A program made the translations under genes and the position numbers. From contig NIVC01000092.1 in NCBI GenBank assembly GCA_002269645.1, forward strand, positions 434,001-498,000: a DNA stretch of 64,000 nt. The letters run 5' to 3'. The DNA comes from Macrostomum lignano (lineage: Eukaryota). Below, in pieces: positions 24,592 to 37,603 of the stretch. Under the pieces are notes generated by a model, which had not been told where the DNA came from, ran no database searches, and saw only the letters and a list, made by a program, of their open reading frames with translations. Each line of letters begins with the position of its first letter. Positions within the stretch are counted from its first letter, which is position 1.

Positions 24592-27285
24592 ATGGATTCT
24601 AAATTTTACTTTAGTATTCTCAGTTATCTGTTGGCATTGAATCATTTCCTATCGGTAAGATTCTGGAGAACTTTGTCACTGTGTCTATCTTACTCAACAA
24701 TTCTATAATTTCTCACTACACTTTCAACAGGTAGTGCAAGCAGCCGGCTACCTGCAGATTAAGTTCAACCGGTACACCAATCATGACGGCCGTGTCGAGG
24801 ACGGCAGTCTCTGCGACCCGTTCGGTGCCACCTATGTTGGCGATAACTGCGACCCCGTGTTCCGGCTGAGGGTCAACAAGGGGGGAGGAGGAGGGTGAGT
24901 GAGGGTTTCAATCTGCAGTCCATATTTCCTATTGCTGAGATCAGATGATTACCACGGCCTCATCTCTCTGCAGCGGTAATCTGCACGACTATCAGCAACC
25001 GGGCGTCTATGACAACCAAAACGCCATCGACTTTGGATCGAAGTTCGGCAGCGTCCCGAATCCTGTGCCGATCGCAATGAACTTCCCTAATCCGGTAAGA
25101 CTGTACTCATGAGGGAGAGGAGACTACTCACGAACCGCTCTCGGAGCCCTTGAGTGATTCTTCATTCTGCAGCACAATATTCTAATAAACTGTTTGCTAC
25201 CAAATTTCGCAAACCGCTTTAGGGACACGCGTACGTCAAAGTCGATGTAGTGGATAAAGACTCGTTTCCACCAGACGACCCGATGAGCAAATTCACCGCC
25301 TCGCTGCCTCTCATTGCCGACAATGTCAGGAGAGACATGGAGCTGATCAGTCCGGCTCGACATCACCGACTATCCATAACTCACTGGTTCACCTGCTACA
25401 CGAATTTCTACGGACAGGATTGCAACACCTATTGTGTAGCTCAGAACGACGATGTGAATGGTCATTATACCTGCGACTCGAATGGCAGAAGAGTGTGCAT
25501 GATTGGTAAGAGCATCTGGTGATGGCTTGTTCTACTACAGCAAGCAGTAATGCATGGCGGAATCGTTTAATCAGAGACTTGTTTGTAACAAATGAACTGC
25601 AGGTTGGACGGGAGCCGACTGTACTCAGCCGGACCTCTGCATCCCGAGTCCGTGTCTCAACGGAGCTACTTGCTCCAATGTCGGAGGAGTCGCCAGCTGC
25701 TCCTGTCCGTCGGGCTTCACTGGTAGCCGATGCGAGACCGATATCGACGAGTGCAAGGCCGTCGACTCGCCCTGTCTGAACAACGCTACGTGTGAGAACA
25801 CGATTGGCAGTTTCCACTGCAAGTGCTCACTCAGCTTCACTGGTGAACGCTGTGAGACCGACGTGAACGAGTGCGAGAGCAAGACGTCAGTGTGCCTAAA
25901 CAACGGCACCTGTGAAAATACGTTCGGCGGTTTCATCTGCAGCTGTCCGCCGGGTCTGACTGGGCACCGGTGCGAGCTCGATGTGGACGAGTGTGCAAAC
26001 GGGACATCAGCTTGTGCGAACGGTGGTACCTGCGTGAATGTGTTTGGTAATTACACCTGCCAATGCGACTCCGGATTCACTGGCACTCTTTGCGAAGAAG
26101 ACGTCGACGAGTGCGCAGAGTCGCCATGCGTGAACGGAGGAACTTGCGAGAATCGATTCGGAAGCTTCGAGTGCATCTGTCCTTCTGGATTTGCTGGAAG
26201 AGTGTGCGACAAAGACGAGGACGAGTGCTTGAGGAGTCCTTGCTCGAATGGCGGTAGCTGTGTGAACACCTTCGGTAACTTTAGTTGTTTGTGTTCGGCA
26301 GGATTTACTGGCAGTTTGTGCGATGAAGATATCGACGAGTGCCTAATGTCACCTTGCTTCAATGAGAGCACCTGCGTAAACACTATCGGAAACTTCACCT
26401 GTCAGTGCCCCCCAGGATTCGAAGGTAGACTCTGCGATAAAGACGTCGACGAATGCTCGGAGTCTCCGCCAAAGTGCCGCAACGGCGGAAACTGCACGAA
26501 CACGCTTGGGAGCTTCCGTTGTACCTGTCCGACTGGACTGACCGGAGGTCACTGCGAGCAGGACATCGACGAGTGCAAGCTGGCCGCCCCGCCGTGTCGA
26601 AACAACGGAAGCTGTCAGAACAGCTTTGGCGGATTTTCCTGCCGTTGCAGACCAGCGTTTAGTGGCAGACACTGTGAGATTCGCGCTGAGGCCTCGGTTG
26701 GGTCAACGACTGGTGAAGTCTGGAAGCTTCCTGTTTTCATTGGAATTCCAGTTGCAGCACTCGCCGTTGTCTCCATTGTCATCGTCGTTATCTGTAAAAG
26801 GAAATCGAGGTAAGAGACGACGAGCTGCAATATAAATTTGGCGAATTGAATTCAACATAAATCTAACCCTGAAGAATGCAATTTATCGCCTGACATTAAA
26901 ACGCCATTCCAGTCGCAGAAGCTGCAGTGGTAGCGGGAGCGTCAGAAGCACTGATGCTGCAAGCAATGATTATTATAACACTCATGTCGAATTCGGGTAG
27001 GTTCAATAATCCGGTAGTTTCCTCTTCATCAAGTATGGTGAATAGCAAATATATTGCGCTAAACCATAACTGATCTTCCTTGTTCTTGTCTGCAGCTCGA
27101 CTGAAGAGCCAACTAAAGAGCCAACTGAAGACCCAACTGAAGACCCAACTGAAGACCCAACTGAAGACCCAACTGAAGACCCAACTGAAGACCCAACTGA
27201 AGACCCAACTGAAGACGACTACACCATCGCAGACAAAGCGGAGACACTCGAAAATGACTATTCAACTATAACCCTTTACGAGTAG
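24592..27285 (+). CDS. DSL-EGF gene A (Delta/Serrate-like type I membrane protein, 9 EGF, ~700 aa). Exons 24592-24654, 24731-24894, 24974-25094, 25223-25505, 25603-26809, 26913/26919-26996, 27096-27285
   Basis: Signal peptide, MNNL/C2-like GYLQIKFNRYTNHDGR..CD, DSL CYTNFYGQDCNTYC...GHYTCDSNG...C..GWTGADC, Ca-binding EGFs, TM, Tyr-rich tail. All junctions are GT-AG and in phase. Confidence 0.9.
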
Positions 27286-28833
27286 ACTAGTGCCGACTTA
27301 TATATATCATTATGTCCATTTGTCAAGTCTTGATCAGAGATATTAAGGTAACTAGATGTCACCCAGAACTAAAATTGTGAAGAAATTGAGCGTCTGTTTC
27401 GTTTTTATGTCAATTCCTTTTCTTTCCTCGCGGGTTTTAGCCTCAAGATGGGATGCTACCGTACCTTCATCTACCCCTATCTTCATAACCCCTAAAGCAC
27501 TGGATGTGAGATCCCCTGATCTTCACAAGCCCTATATATCATAACCCATAATTTTTACAACCCATAAATTTCATAAACCCGAAAGATCGTTACTGCAAAA
27601 TTTCAGAGCAAGCATTTCGTTTCCCCTAATCTTAACTTTTCTTAAATTTCACTTTCATCGTGAGCTATGATTATCAGGGTTTATGAATTTAGAGCTTGTG
27701 TGGCCCCTCTCCGGAGCGATTTAAAATTTTACCATTGCAATGGCAATCGCAATCGGCAGATACGAGCGTAGTTAGCAGATACTTAAGCTAAAAAAATGAT
27801 ACCTAAGATGGCACTTTGTCTGTGAGCGTATGAGCTAGGCTGAAGTCTCAATTGCTAGCCAAGTCTCTAACTTCATCAACTTTCTTTAAATTTTTTTGTT
27901 CATAATGCTTCTCGTTTTATCCAGCATGTAAATATTTTTGCTTTGTAATATTCAGATATAAAAATCAGCCTTACCTTCTTCTTTAAGATTTCTGGGATTT
28001 CTGTATGGCTCTGTAAATATATGCTGTTGTTTTTAATGAGTCAAATTGATTTTCCATAGATTTTGGCTTCTCCTAGACACCGGTTTCTACGTATTATTAG
28101 GTATTTCTACGATGCACTGTGCCGCCATGGTGACACAATGCAGTCAAACAAAATCGACACACATACAGTACCAGTGTATAGTCCTTGGAAATGTTTCAAG
28201 ATGCCAAAATCATTGGATGCGGCCAGTCTAGAAGGTAATTTGAATTGGGCACTGGCACCTGAGCTAGTGTCATTAAAGGGGTGCCCAAAGGTCAGCCTAA
28301 CCCGAAAGGGTCAGCCAAAATTTCTCTGCAAAAAAACATTCGCATTGCCGAAGAAATCGCATATACCTGGATGATGATGGATGATTAATAAGTTGAACTC
28401 TGTGACAAATCATCATTATGAGGTTTTGGGACAGTCTTTAGCTTTAATGTACAGCTAGCTATACATATATTGACAATGTTACCTCGGTATGCTTTGAGCA
28501 AAAGACGAAAGCAGACGATGGAAAGGCAGGTGAGTGTGGACAAGAGTTTCCGTCAGAATTAAAAATAGTGCTGCTATTAAAAAAGGCTGAGGAATCTCTA
28601 AAATGATTGCAAACAAAAAACAGTGTAAATGTAACGCAGAATAAGAAAATCCGACGCGGGGCTTACGCTGCCGAGTTTCTCGTAAACTGCAAGTTAAGAG
28701 TAACTACTCTTTTACTAAGGCAGCGGCCCAAAATATGTGCTTGTGCCGAAGTGAGATTGGTAAAAGATTAAAACGGCATCATAATATTTTTACTCATAAC
28801 ATTCATTTTTATTCCCATTCAGCCGTCAAGAAT

Positions 28834-30163
28834 TCAATTACTCGCATTCTTTTTGCGGTAAAACACAACGGTAGCAATTACAATAACTAGCGATACTAAC
28901 GCAATTAAAACTGTGCCTTTGAGGATAGTATTCATCGCTCATGCTGAGACCCCGTTTGCACACTCGTCCACATCGAGCTCGCACCGGTGCCCAGTCAGAC
29001 CCGGCGGACAGCTGCAGTTGAAGCCGCCGAACGTATTTTCACAGGTGCCGTTGTTTAGGCACACTGACGTCTTGCTCTCGCACTCGTTCACGTCGGTCTC
29101 ACAGCGTTCACCAGTGAAGCCGAGTGAGCACTTGCAGCGGAAACTGCCAATCGTGTTCTCACAGGTAGCGTTGTTCAGGCAGGGCGAGTCGACGGCCTTG
29201 CACTCGTCGATATCAGTCTCGCATCGGCTACCAGTGAAGCCCGACGGACAGGAGCAGCTGGCGACTCCTCCGACATTGGAGCAGGTGGCTCCGTTGAGAC
29301 ACGGACTCGGGTTGCAGAGGTCCGGCTGAGTACAGTCAGCTCCCGTCCAACCTGCAGTTTTTTTATTTCAGGATTTTTTATTATTAAGAGGCTGTGTACC
29401 TTTTTTATTTAAGATTCCTATTTTACTCACGTGACGTTTATGATCCAAGAAAAGCTACATAGTAACTAATGGTCATTCGGTCACGGACCATATGATTGGT
29501 ATTGCCTACCATTCATAGATTTTAATTTTTTTTGATTGCTTACCTGTCAGGCAAACCTTGGCTCCCTCCGAGCTGCAGTTGTAGTGGGTCTTGACTTTGT
29601 CATCCTGAGTTACACACAGCGTGTTGCAGTCAAGTCCATAGTAGTTTGCATTGCAGCTGTACCAGTACTCCAGAGACAGTTTGTGCTTCACTGGCCTTCT
29701 GACCAATTTGAGTTTTCTCTTGACTTTGTCGGCTCGAGCCACCAGCGTCGCTGAGAAGGAGTCTATCGGATCGTCCGACGTAACTGGATCCTTGTCGACC
29801 ACTGACACCTCAATGTGAATGGATCCCTGCTTAAAATTTAGTATTCATTGCGCGTTCTGTTTCAGGTGCTATCGCGATGAAACTTGTGAGTCAGTGAGTC
29901 AGATCTGGCTCATATTACCCTAGATTCAAGTCTAGAAATAGTTTTCACTGTCTGTTAAATGCTGCTCAGAGAACTCACCCTCCCGGCACGAATCGATCGG
30001 CCACGAGTCGGAACTTCGGGTCGCATTTGTCAAAGTGATCGCAGCGGCTCCTGTCCTGACCCCGGCTGTCATCGTTGATGTAGGACAGAAACCGCAGCGT
30101 CATGTAGCCGTTGCCATTGGCTACCCCTACGCCAGCTAGCAACAGGAGCAGCGACAGCTTCAT
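28834..30163 (-). pseudogene. DSL-EGF paralog B: exons 29979-30163, 29544-29826, 29351 down to 28939; lacks the 121-nt exon; TGA at 28939-28941 precedes an in-frame TM segment
   Basis: The head is homologous to gene C and EGF1-3 are near-identical to gene A. Exon 1 (phase 2) cannot join the DSL exon (phase 0) in frame. Confidence 0.78.
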
Positions 30164-30359
30164 AGTTGAGAATTATTTTTCGATTACTTTCTTCACTCTC
30201 TTGTAGAGAAGTCGATAAAGCTTATTTTTACAGTTTAGGTGTTATTATTGGCAGATTTTTCTGCTTATCTTTCAACGTTTTCCGCTTTTTTATTTTTTAT
30301 TAATTTCAACTGTGCTTCGCATTGCTTAAATTGGCACTGAAATTTCGTTTCGTTTAAAA

Positions 30360-30771
30360 GCGTTAGTATCGCTAGTTATTGTAATTGCTACCGTTGTGTT
30401 TTACCTCAAAAAGAATGCGAGTAAGTGAATTATTGACGGCTGAATGGGAATAAAAATGAATGTTATGAGTAAAAATATTATGATGCCGTTTTAATCTTTT
30501 ACCAATCTCACTTCGGCACAACCACATATTTTGGGCCGCTGCCTTAGTAAAAGAGTAGTTACTCTTAATTTGCAGTTTACGAGAGCCTCGGCAGCGTAAG
30601 CCCCGCGTCGGATTTTCTTATTCTGCGTTACATTTACACTGTTTTTTGTTTGCAATCATTTTAGAGATTCCTCAGCCTTTTTTAATAGCAGCACTATTGT
30701 TAATTCTGACGGAAACTCTTGTCCACACTCACCTGCCTTTCCATCGTCTGCTTTCGTCTTTTGCTCAAAGC
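30360..30771 (+). repeat. 412-bp inverted duplicate of 28491-28902, carrying an orphan TM-exon end and a 20-nt tail exon
   Basis: Near-identical reverse complement, read directly. Confidence 0.92.
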
Positions 30772-31854
30772 CGTTTAAAATTTTCGAAATCATGCCGAAT
30801 AAATAATTTTCTGCAGACAGCGATACAGCAATATTCAGATTGATCGATAATTTCTACCTTTTTTACTGCTATTTCTGTAGTTATGAGTTCCAATTTTAGA
30901 TTTCGTACTAGCAATCAGAGGTGTAGGGTGCGTGCATCCTCCCCTAATGTATTCATTATGAACCTTTTTCACGTAAATAAAGTCTAAGGATGCATAAATG
31001 AAATATTTATCTTGTTATCTTGTTTCGATTGATTACGAGCTATTGTTTAAGACCAAAACCAAAAAAATCGTTAGAACTTGACAAATGTTTGCACTAAAAA
31101 CTATTTTCATTTTTGAAAGCTGCTCTCGTTAACTTGCAAATAGGGGCCGCAGAACGGAGTGGGGGCAGTCAAAGTCTATCACGTCCCGACACATGAAGTC
31201 GATTTACCACTGACAAATAGAAAAATCATGGAGAACACAAACTATTTTTAACCATATACTCGTACTTATGATTGAAGCCTTATGAAAATGAAATCCACAA
31301 GTTGAAGGCGTGGAAGGTGAGGCAAGATTTATTTTCTTGGAAATCTTTTCAGAGTACAAAATTTTACTTAGAAATCTTTCTTTTGTTTTTAAAAATGACG
31401 GTCAGCATTAAAGACAATATATAGATTGAGTCAAGATAGTTCGAGGCGTGAGTGCATCGTAAATGTACTTCGTAAGAGGCCATACACACTCGTAATTAGT
31501 TATTTATAAGCCATAGTTCTTAATAATAATGTACATTCGGCTATTCCTATTTTTTCATTGTACAGACGTACCATATATAGACTCTATAATTTAAGACATC
31601 AGATAAAATAGATGACGAAAACTGCAAACTCGAAATAATTGCACTGTCATAGTTGACGCTACTCAACTTATAACTGTCACATTCGGAACAGAAATAGAAC
31701 TGATGAAAATAACGATATAAAAATAGATAAAATATGACGCGTATTTAAGTGCAATTTCTTAAATGAAATACTCGACAAGAAGCAGAGTTATTATTTTTCT
31801 CTGCTAGAATTATCGTGGCTAATACGAACTACAATTAATCAATAGTTCTCCACT

Positions 31855-34752
31855 ATGATTTGCCAGCTATTTTTGTTGCTAATTGGCGCAAGCGTCGTCA
31901 ATAGCAACGGCTACATGACGCTGCGGTTTCTGTCCTACATCAACCATGACAGCCGGTGTCAGGACGGGACATACTGCGATCCCTTCGGCCTGACGTACGT
32001 CGGAGACAAGTGCGACCCGCAACTCAGACTGATGGCCGACCGATCTGTGCCTGGAGGGTAAGTTTACTGAGCAGTTTTAAACAAACAAGCAGCTCATTTC
32101 AACCATATTATTTAAACAAACAAACAAAACATCACCCACTGATTTCGTACAGAAACGGCCTGTTCGACTATCAGCAGCTTAGTGTTTACTGGGACACGGA
32201 GACCATCAATTTCGGAAGCCGATTCGGAGAAATCAGCAATCCTGTGATCATCGCGATGAACTTTCAAAACCACGTAAGATACGCTCACAAGTTTTGTTGG
32301 AAAGTCGGCAAAAGTGACATTATTCTAGATAAATATTGAGTTAGCAGATGGGCAGATGTGCAACCGATAGCTCAGCCGCAGCTCAAGGCTGCGTACGGCT
32401 GTTCATTCCAAGGAATGGGGGTCGCTGGCACCCATTTTACAGTTGGGTGAACTGAAGCAATACAGAGTTAAGTGTCTTGCTCAAGGACACAAATTGTTCC
32501 AGTGGGATCGAGAATCGAACCCCCGACCTTTAAGTCGACAGTCCGACGCTCTAACCTCTAGGCTACAACCTCTCTCTGCTAGGCTACACCCCACTCTCTG
32601 CTAGGCTACACCCCCTCTCTGCTAGGCTACACCCCCTCTCTGCTAGGCTACAACCCCTCTCTGCTAGGCTACAACCCCAATAAAAAACAAAAACAAAGCA
32701 GAAACTAAAGCTACGAGCGTAAAACTAAAACTAAAACAGAAGCTAAAAAGAGCTGATTCCCAGCCTCATTCGGGTCTCATCGCAATCCTTAGTCACGTCG
32801 AGGCAGACGCGTATTTAATAAAGCAAATCCCCCAATCAACACCAAATATTATCCAGGGGCACATTTACGTCACAGTATTGGCGGTAGACAAGGATCCCAC
32901 TCCTCCGGACGATCCAATGGACACATTCTCTGCGGCGCTGGTGGCTCGAGCCGACAAAGTCAAGAGAAGAGTCGAAATGCTCAGTCAGCCAACAAACCAC
33001 AAACTGTCCATTGAGTACTGGTACAGCTGCCATGCAAACTACTACGGACTTGACTGCAACACGTTCTGCCAACCACAGAATGACAACGTCAGGGGCCACT
33101 ACAGCTGCAGCTCGGAGGGAGCTAAGATGTGCTTCACAGGTACCCAGCGATCATTTTATATAAATTCCAATAGTTTTTTATATTAATGTGAACTAAAAAG
33201 ACAATTCGTCATCGAAAAATAAAATAAATGAACTGCAGGTTGGACGGGAGCCGACTGCACCCAGCCGGACCCCTGCAACCCGAGTCCGTGTCTCAACGGA
33301 GCTACTTGCTCCAATGTCGGAGGAGTCGCCAGCTGCTCCTGTCCGTCGGGCTTCACTGGTAGCCGATGCGAGACCGATATCGACGAGTGCAAGGCCGTCG
33401 ACTCGCCCTGTCTGAACAACGCTACGTGTGAGAACACGATTGGCAGTTTCCACTGCAAGTGCTCACTCAGCTTCACTGGCGAACGCTGTGAGACCGACGT
33501 GAACGAGTGCGACCGAGAGACGTCAGTGTGTCTCAACCATGGTACCTGTAAAAATACGTTCGGCGGCTTTAAATGCAGCTGTCCGCCGGGTCTGACTGGG
33601 CACCGGTGCGAGCTCGATGTGGACGAGTGTGCAAACGGGACATCAGTGTGTGCGAACGGTGGTACCTGCGTGAATATGTTTGGTAATTACACCTGCCAGT
33701 GCGACTCTGGATTCACTGGCACTCTTTGCGAAGAAGACGTCGACGAGTGCACAGAGTCGCCATGCGTGAATGGAGGAACATGCGAGAATCGATTCGGAAG
33801 CTTCGAGTGCATCTGTCCTTCTGGATTTGCTGGAAGAGTGTGTGACAAAGACGAGGACGAGTGCTTGAGGAGTCCTTGCTCGAATGGCGGTAGCTGTGTG
33901 AACACCTTCGGAAACTTTACTTGTTTGTGTTCGGCAGGATTTACTGGCAGTTTGTGCGATGAAGATATCGATGAGTGCCTAATGGCACCTTGCTTCAATG
34001 AGAGCACCTGCGTAAACACTATCGGAAACTTCACCTGTCAGTGCCCCCCAGGATTCGAAGGTAGACTCTGCGATGAAGACGTCGATGAATGCTCGGAGTC
34101 TCCGCCAAAGTGTCGCAACGGCGGAAACTGCACGAACACGGTTGGGAGCTTCCGTTGTACCTGCCCGACTGGACTGACCGGACGTCACTGCGAGCAGGAC
34201 ATCGACGAGTGCAAGCTGGCCGCCCCGCCGTGTCGAAACAACGGAAGCTGTCAGAACAGCTTTGGCGGATTTTCCTGCCGTTGCGGACCAGCGTTCAGAG
34301 GCAGACACTGTGAGATTCGCTCTGAGGCCTCGGTTGGGTCAACGACTGAGGAGCCCTCGAAACTTCTCGTTTATATTCTAATTGGAGTTGGAGTACTCTT
34401 AATTGGCGCTGCTTCTGTTGCTGCTGGCATTGCTTTCTACAGAATTAGAAGAAGGTAAAAACAATTTTAATAACGTATGAAAATAAATTTTATCACAAAC
34501 AGTGCTGATGGGATTGCATTTACTAAATTATCCGCAGCGGCAGAAGCAATATCTCTGGAGCTGAGAACAATGAGACCGTATCTGACTGCGCTGCTGTCGA
34601 ACAGGGGTAAGGAAAACATTTCTGCAACTTTCTTCTTTCGGGAATCCGAATGTTGACTGAGATTGATTTTTTAAAAATTATTCTATTCTAATTTCAGGCT
34701 GAGTAACCCTGCCTACATGAGCACTTCAGAGATCGGCTTGCAAGAAAACTAA
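31855..34752 (+). CDS. DSL-EGF gene C (9 EGF, TM, NPAY tail, ~648 aa). Exons 31855-32057, 32153-32273, 32857-33139, 33239-34454, 34538-34606, 34698-34752
   Basis: Same architecture as A with identical 121-nt and 283-nt exon sizes; all junctions in phase. Confidence 0.9.
32347..32680 (-). mobile_element. tRNA-derived SINE, copy 2, in gene C intron 2, with a tandemly amplified head
   Basis: Homologous to the 8.5 kb and 39.4 kb copies; ctaggctac...ctctctg repeated about 5-6 times at 32560-32680. Confidence 0.82.
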
Positions 34753-35458
34753 CAAAATTCTTGCCAATTGCGTGACTAGGTGCAAACTGCCTGTTACTTT
34801 GCATGTTGCTAATGTTGAAGAAGACGTTGTTATGAAGACATAGCCATGTAGCATGTAGCAAGTAAATTTCTGCATCCAAAGGCCATTCCTAAAGGGCAGA
34901 TGCGTTCGTATTTTTCTATATACTGAACTTTTGATCATACTAGATTATGTACACCTGTAAATTTAATATTTTAATTTTAACATTGGTTTTGTTCGTTATC
35001 ATCCAAATTTTGTTTTAATTGCATCGTTTTAAACATTTCTCAAAGTTTCCAATCCTTATTATGTCTGTAAAGTTTCAACACGAACAAGTTTTAAACGCGA
35101 AATGAAGTATAAGTTCGCTGTCATCTTGCCCTTTTGGTTCACTAATCCTTGCAACTACGAGTAGAATTACAACTGCTGTAGGGGCTTTAGCACCAGGTGG
35201 CGAGAGGCCTCATAGTTGTTGCCAGCCAGTTAGAGGAGCCGTGGTTCCCTTTGCCCCTTGCTAAGCCTCCAAAATTTGAGCATTTTTCATAATTTTTCTG
35301 CATTATCGTACGCCGCGCCCCCTCCAGGTGAACCTTGGCCTATACGGCCTGAACGCACTGGCTACACTACTGATCCTTTTATGAATTTTTTGAACAATGC
35401 TTTTTAAACCAGTATTTGACAGAGTATTTTAAAATGGCTGAATTTTAACTACAGTATT

Positions 35459-35731
35459 TGACTGACTGACTGACTGACTGACTGACTGACTGACTGACTG
35501 ACTGACTGACTGACTGACTGACTGACTGACTGACTGACTGACTGACTGACTGACTGACTGACTGACTGACTGACTGACTGACTGACTGACTGACTGACTG
35601 ACTGACTGACTGACTGACTGACTGACTGACTGACTGACTGACTGACTGACTGACTGACTGACTGACTGACTGACTGACTGACTGACTGACTGACTGACTG
35701 ACTGACTGACTGACTGACTGACTGACTGACT
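35459..35731. repeat. (GACT)n microsatellite
   Basis: Perfect tetranucleotide array. Confidence 0.99.
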
Positions 35732-36396
35732 TGTTGATTAAAGATCGAAGCTCAATACCATTTTAGTCTTTTATTAAACAGAAAAAATACCGAACTCATT
35801 TTGAAAAAGAGCACTTGGAACCAAACTGAGAAGAAATGATCAGATGGGATAGCTAAGTTAGGAATTAATGACTTTTTTAATTTTAGCTCGTAATGTTTTG
35901 GTGATTATTTTCTGTTGAAATTAAATTAAAATCCAAAGTCCTTAAAGAGCATATGATTTCGGAGGAAAGAATACAGAAAGAAAAAAATCAGAAAAAACGA
36001 AGTGGAGAGTATGGTACAAAAGGCAGCTCACTAAGCCACGTGCCATTAAACTGAAGTTCTATTTTAAAACTGTCAGGCTCTAAAATAGATCTCTATTTAG
36101 ACAATAGACTCCCAACATTTGGAAATTCCACGAGCTTCTTCATAAAAAATCGTACCTGCATCTGTGCATGGTTACGTACATACCGTATGTACATAATTTG
36201 TACATAGTATACGAGCGTAATTGCGTACATTACAGAATTTGATAAAAATAGGATAACTGTGAATGATCCAGTAAAGTAACTCGTACTAAAAATGAGTTCG
36301 TCTGTTTATTTAAGTACTAAAACTCATATTTACACGCGGCAATGAGAGCTTACGCAGGAATACAGAATTTCTCGCTTCGTCAAATACTTGTCAAGC

Positions 36397-36741
36397 ATGA
36401 TATTAAAATTGCTTCTTTGTTATTGCATACTGGCACTGACGCCGTATCTAAAGGTAAGAATGTTATTTAGAACCCATGACAGATTTCTACGTTGGTGGCC
36501 CTTGGCGAATTGGATACAATTCTGACGCATAGGCACAACTAGACACATTAATGGTCTGATTGACATGTATTCATTACCTTTTATTGCTCATTCCTGACCG
36601 GTCCGTCCGCCTTTCATCTGACCATAACAACAGACCAAAAGCCGCTTAATTCCAGTTTTTTATATTTTCAGCAATCAGAATAACACACACAAAATTTCGT
36701 CGCGCTTTACTGATAGCTGATGCGAGACCGAAGTGGACGAG
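36397..36741 (+). pseudogene. DSL-EGF relic F: signal-peptide exon 36397-36453 plus a 36-nt EGF scrap at 36706-36741
   Basis: MILKLLLCYCILALTPYLK|GTAAG resembles gene A exon 1. The EGF scrap matches 30/36 nt of gene A EGF1-2 and carries a CGA>TGA change. Confidence 0.55.
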
Positions 36742-37248
36742 AAGAGAGTCAAAAGGAGAGAGGAGAAAGAGAGGAGAGAGGAGAGCGAAGAGACTAGAGA
36801 TTAGATGGGATAAGTGACAGCGAGGGCAACTTCTGAATAAAAATAGCGAAAGTGTAAATCCTAATAACCGATTTTACTCACCTGAGCCACATTATACAAA
36901 ACAGCTATTTTTTGAAGAAACAATTTTCATTAGTTTCCTAATGTTAGCCGATGCGAATATTTATTCGTTACGCTTTACTTATTATTTAAATATCCAAGGT
37001 TTCTATTCAGAAGAGAATTATTGTTTATCCCAAGTTGCATTCGTAAAAATAGAATATGATGCTTAAAAAGCAAACCTTCTCTTTAATCTTTTTAGTTGGC
37101 TGTACGTATCCAAGTACTATGGACTCACTGCAGTCCTCGGCAGACTTTCTGTTTACTAATTTGATATACATATTTTTTGAAATTCTACAAATGCTTTTGT
37201 GCCCCCGAGTTGCAATAACAATGAACACTTGACAGGGTTCATTTACAG

Positions 37249-37416
37249 CAGGGTTTGGCAAACTTTGCCTCGCGGGCCCCATGCGACCCGCCAAGCCTCT
37301 CTATCCGGCCCTCGGGTCCTTTGAAAGGTTTGTGTCTCTTCTCATCTCTCTTCTCTGTAATCTTGTCTCTCCTCTTTGGCCCGCAGCCATTATGGTAAGA
37401 AGTTTGCCCACCCCAG
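37249..37416. mobile_element. Probable short hAT-type MITE
   Basis: Termini cagggtttggcaaac / gtttgcccaccccag; the TSD is imperfect. Confidence 0.5.
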
Positions 37417-37603
37417 ATTATACAGCCTGAGGACAATATATGTTTTATATTTAGACATGTTGCGCAATATTGTGCAATGTGTCTTGACGTACTTAGTTCC
37501 TTATTAATGTCTCACATCAATCAGTATTGCCGTGGATAATCCGTGGAATTTCCATTCACACTAGCGCCAAATAGGCGGCTGCTCAATTCGAAACAACCTC
37601 ACC

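Noticed and set aside
29860-29890. Possible inverted remnant of the missing 121-nt exon in gene B intron (atcgcgatga)
   Set aside because: The match is about 10 nt and largely palindromic, so chance is likely.
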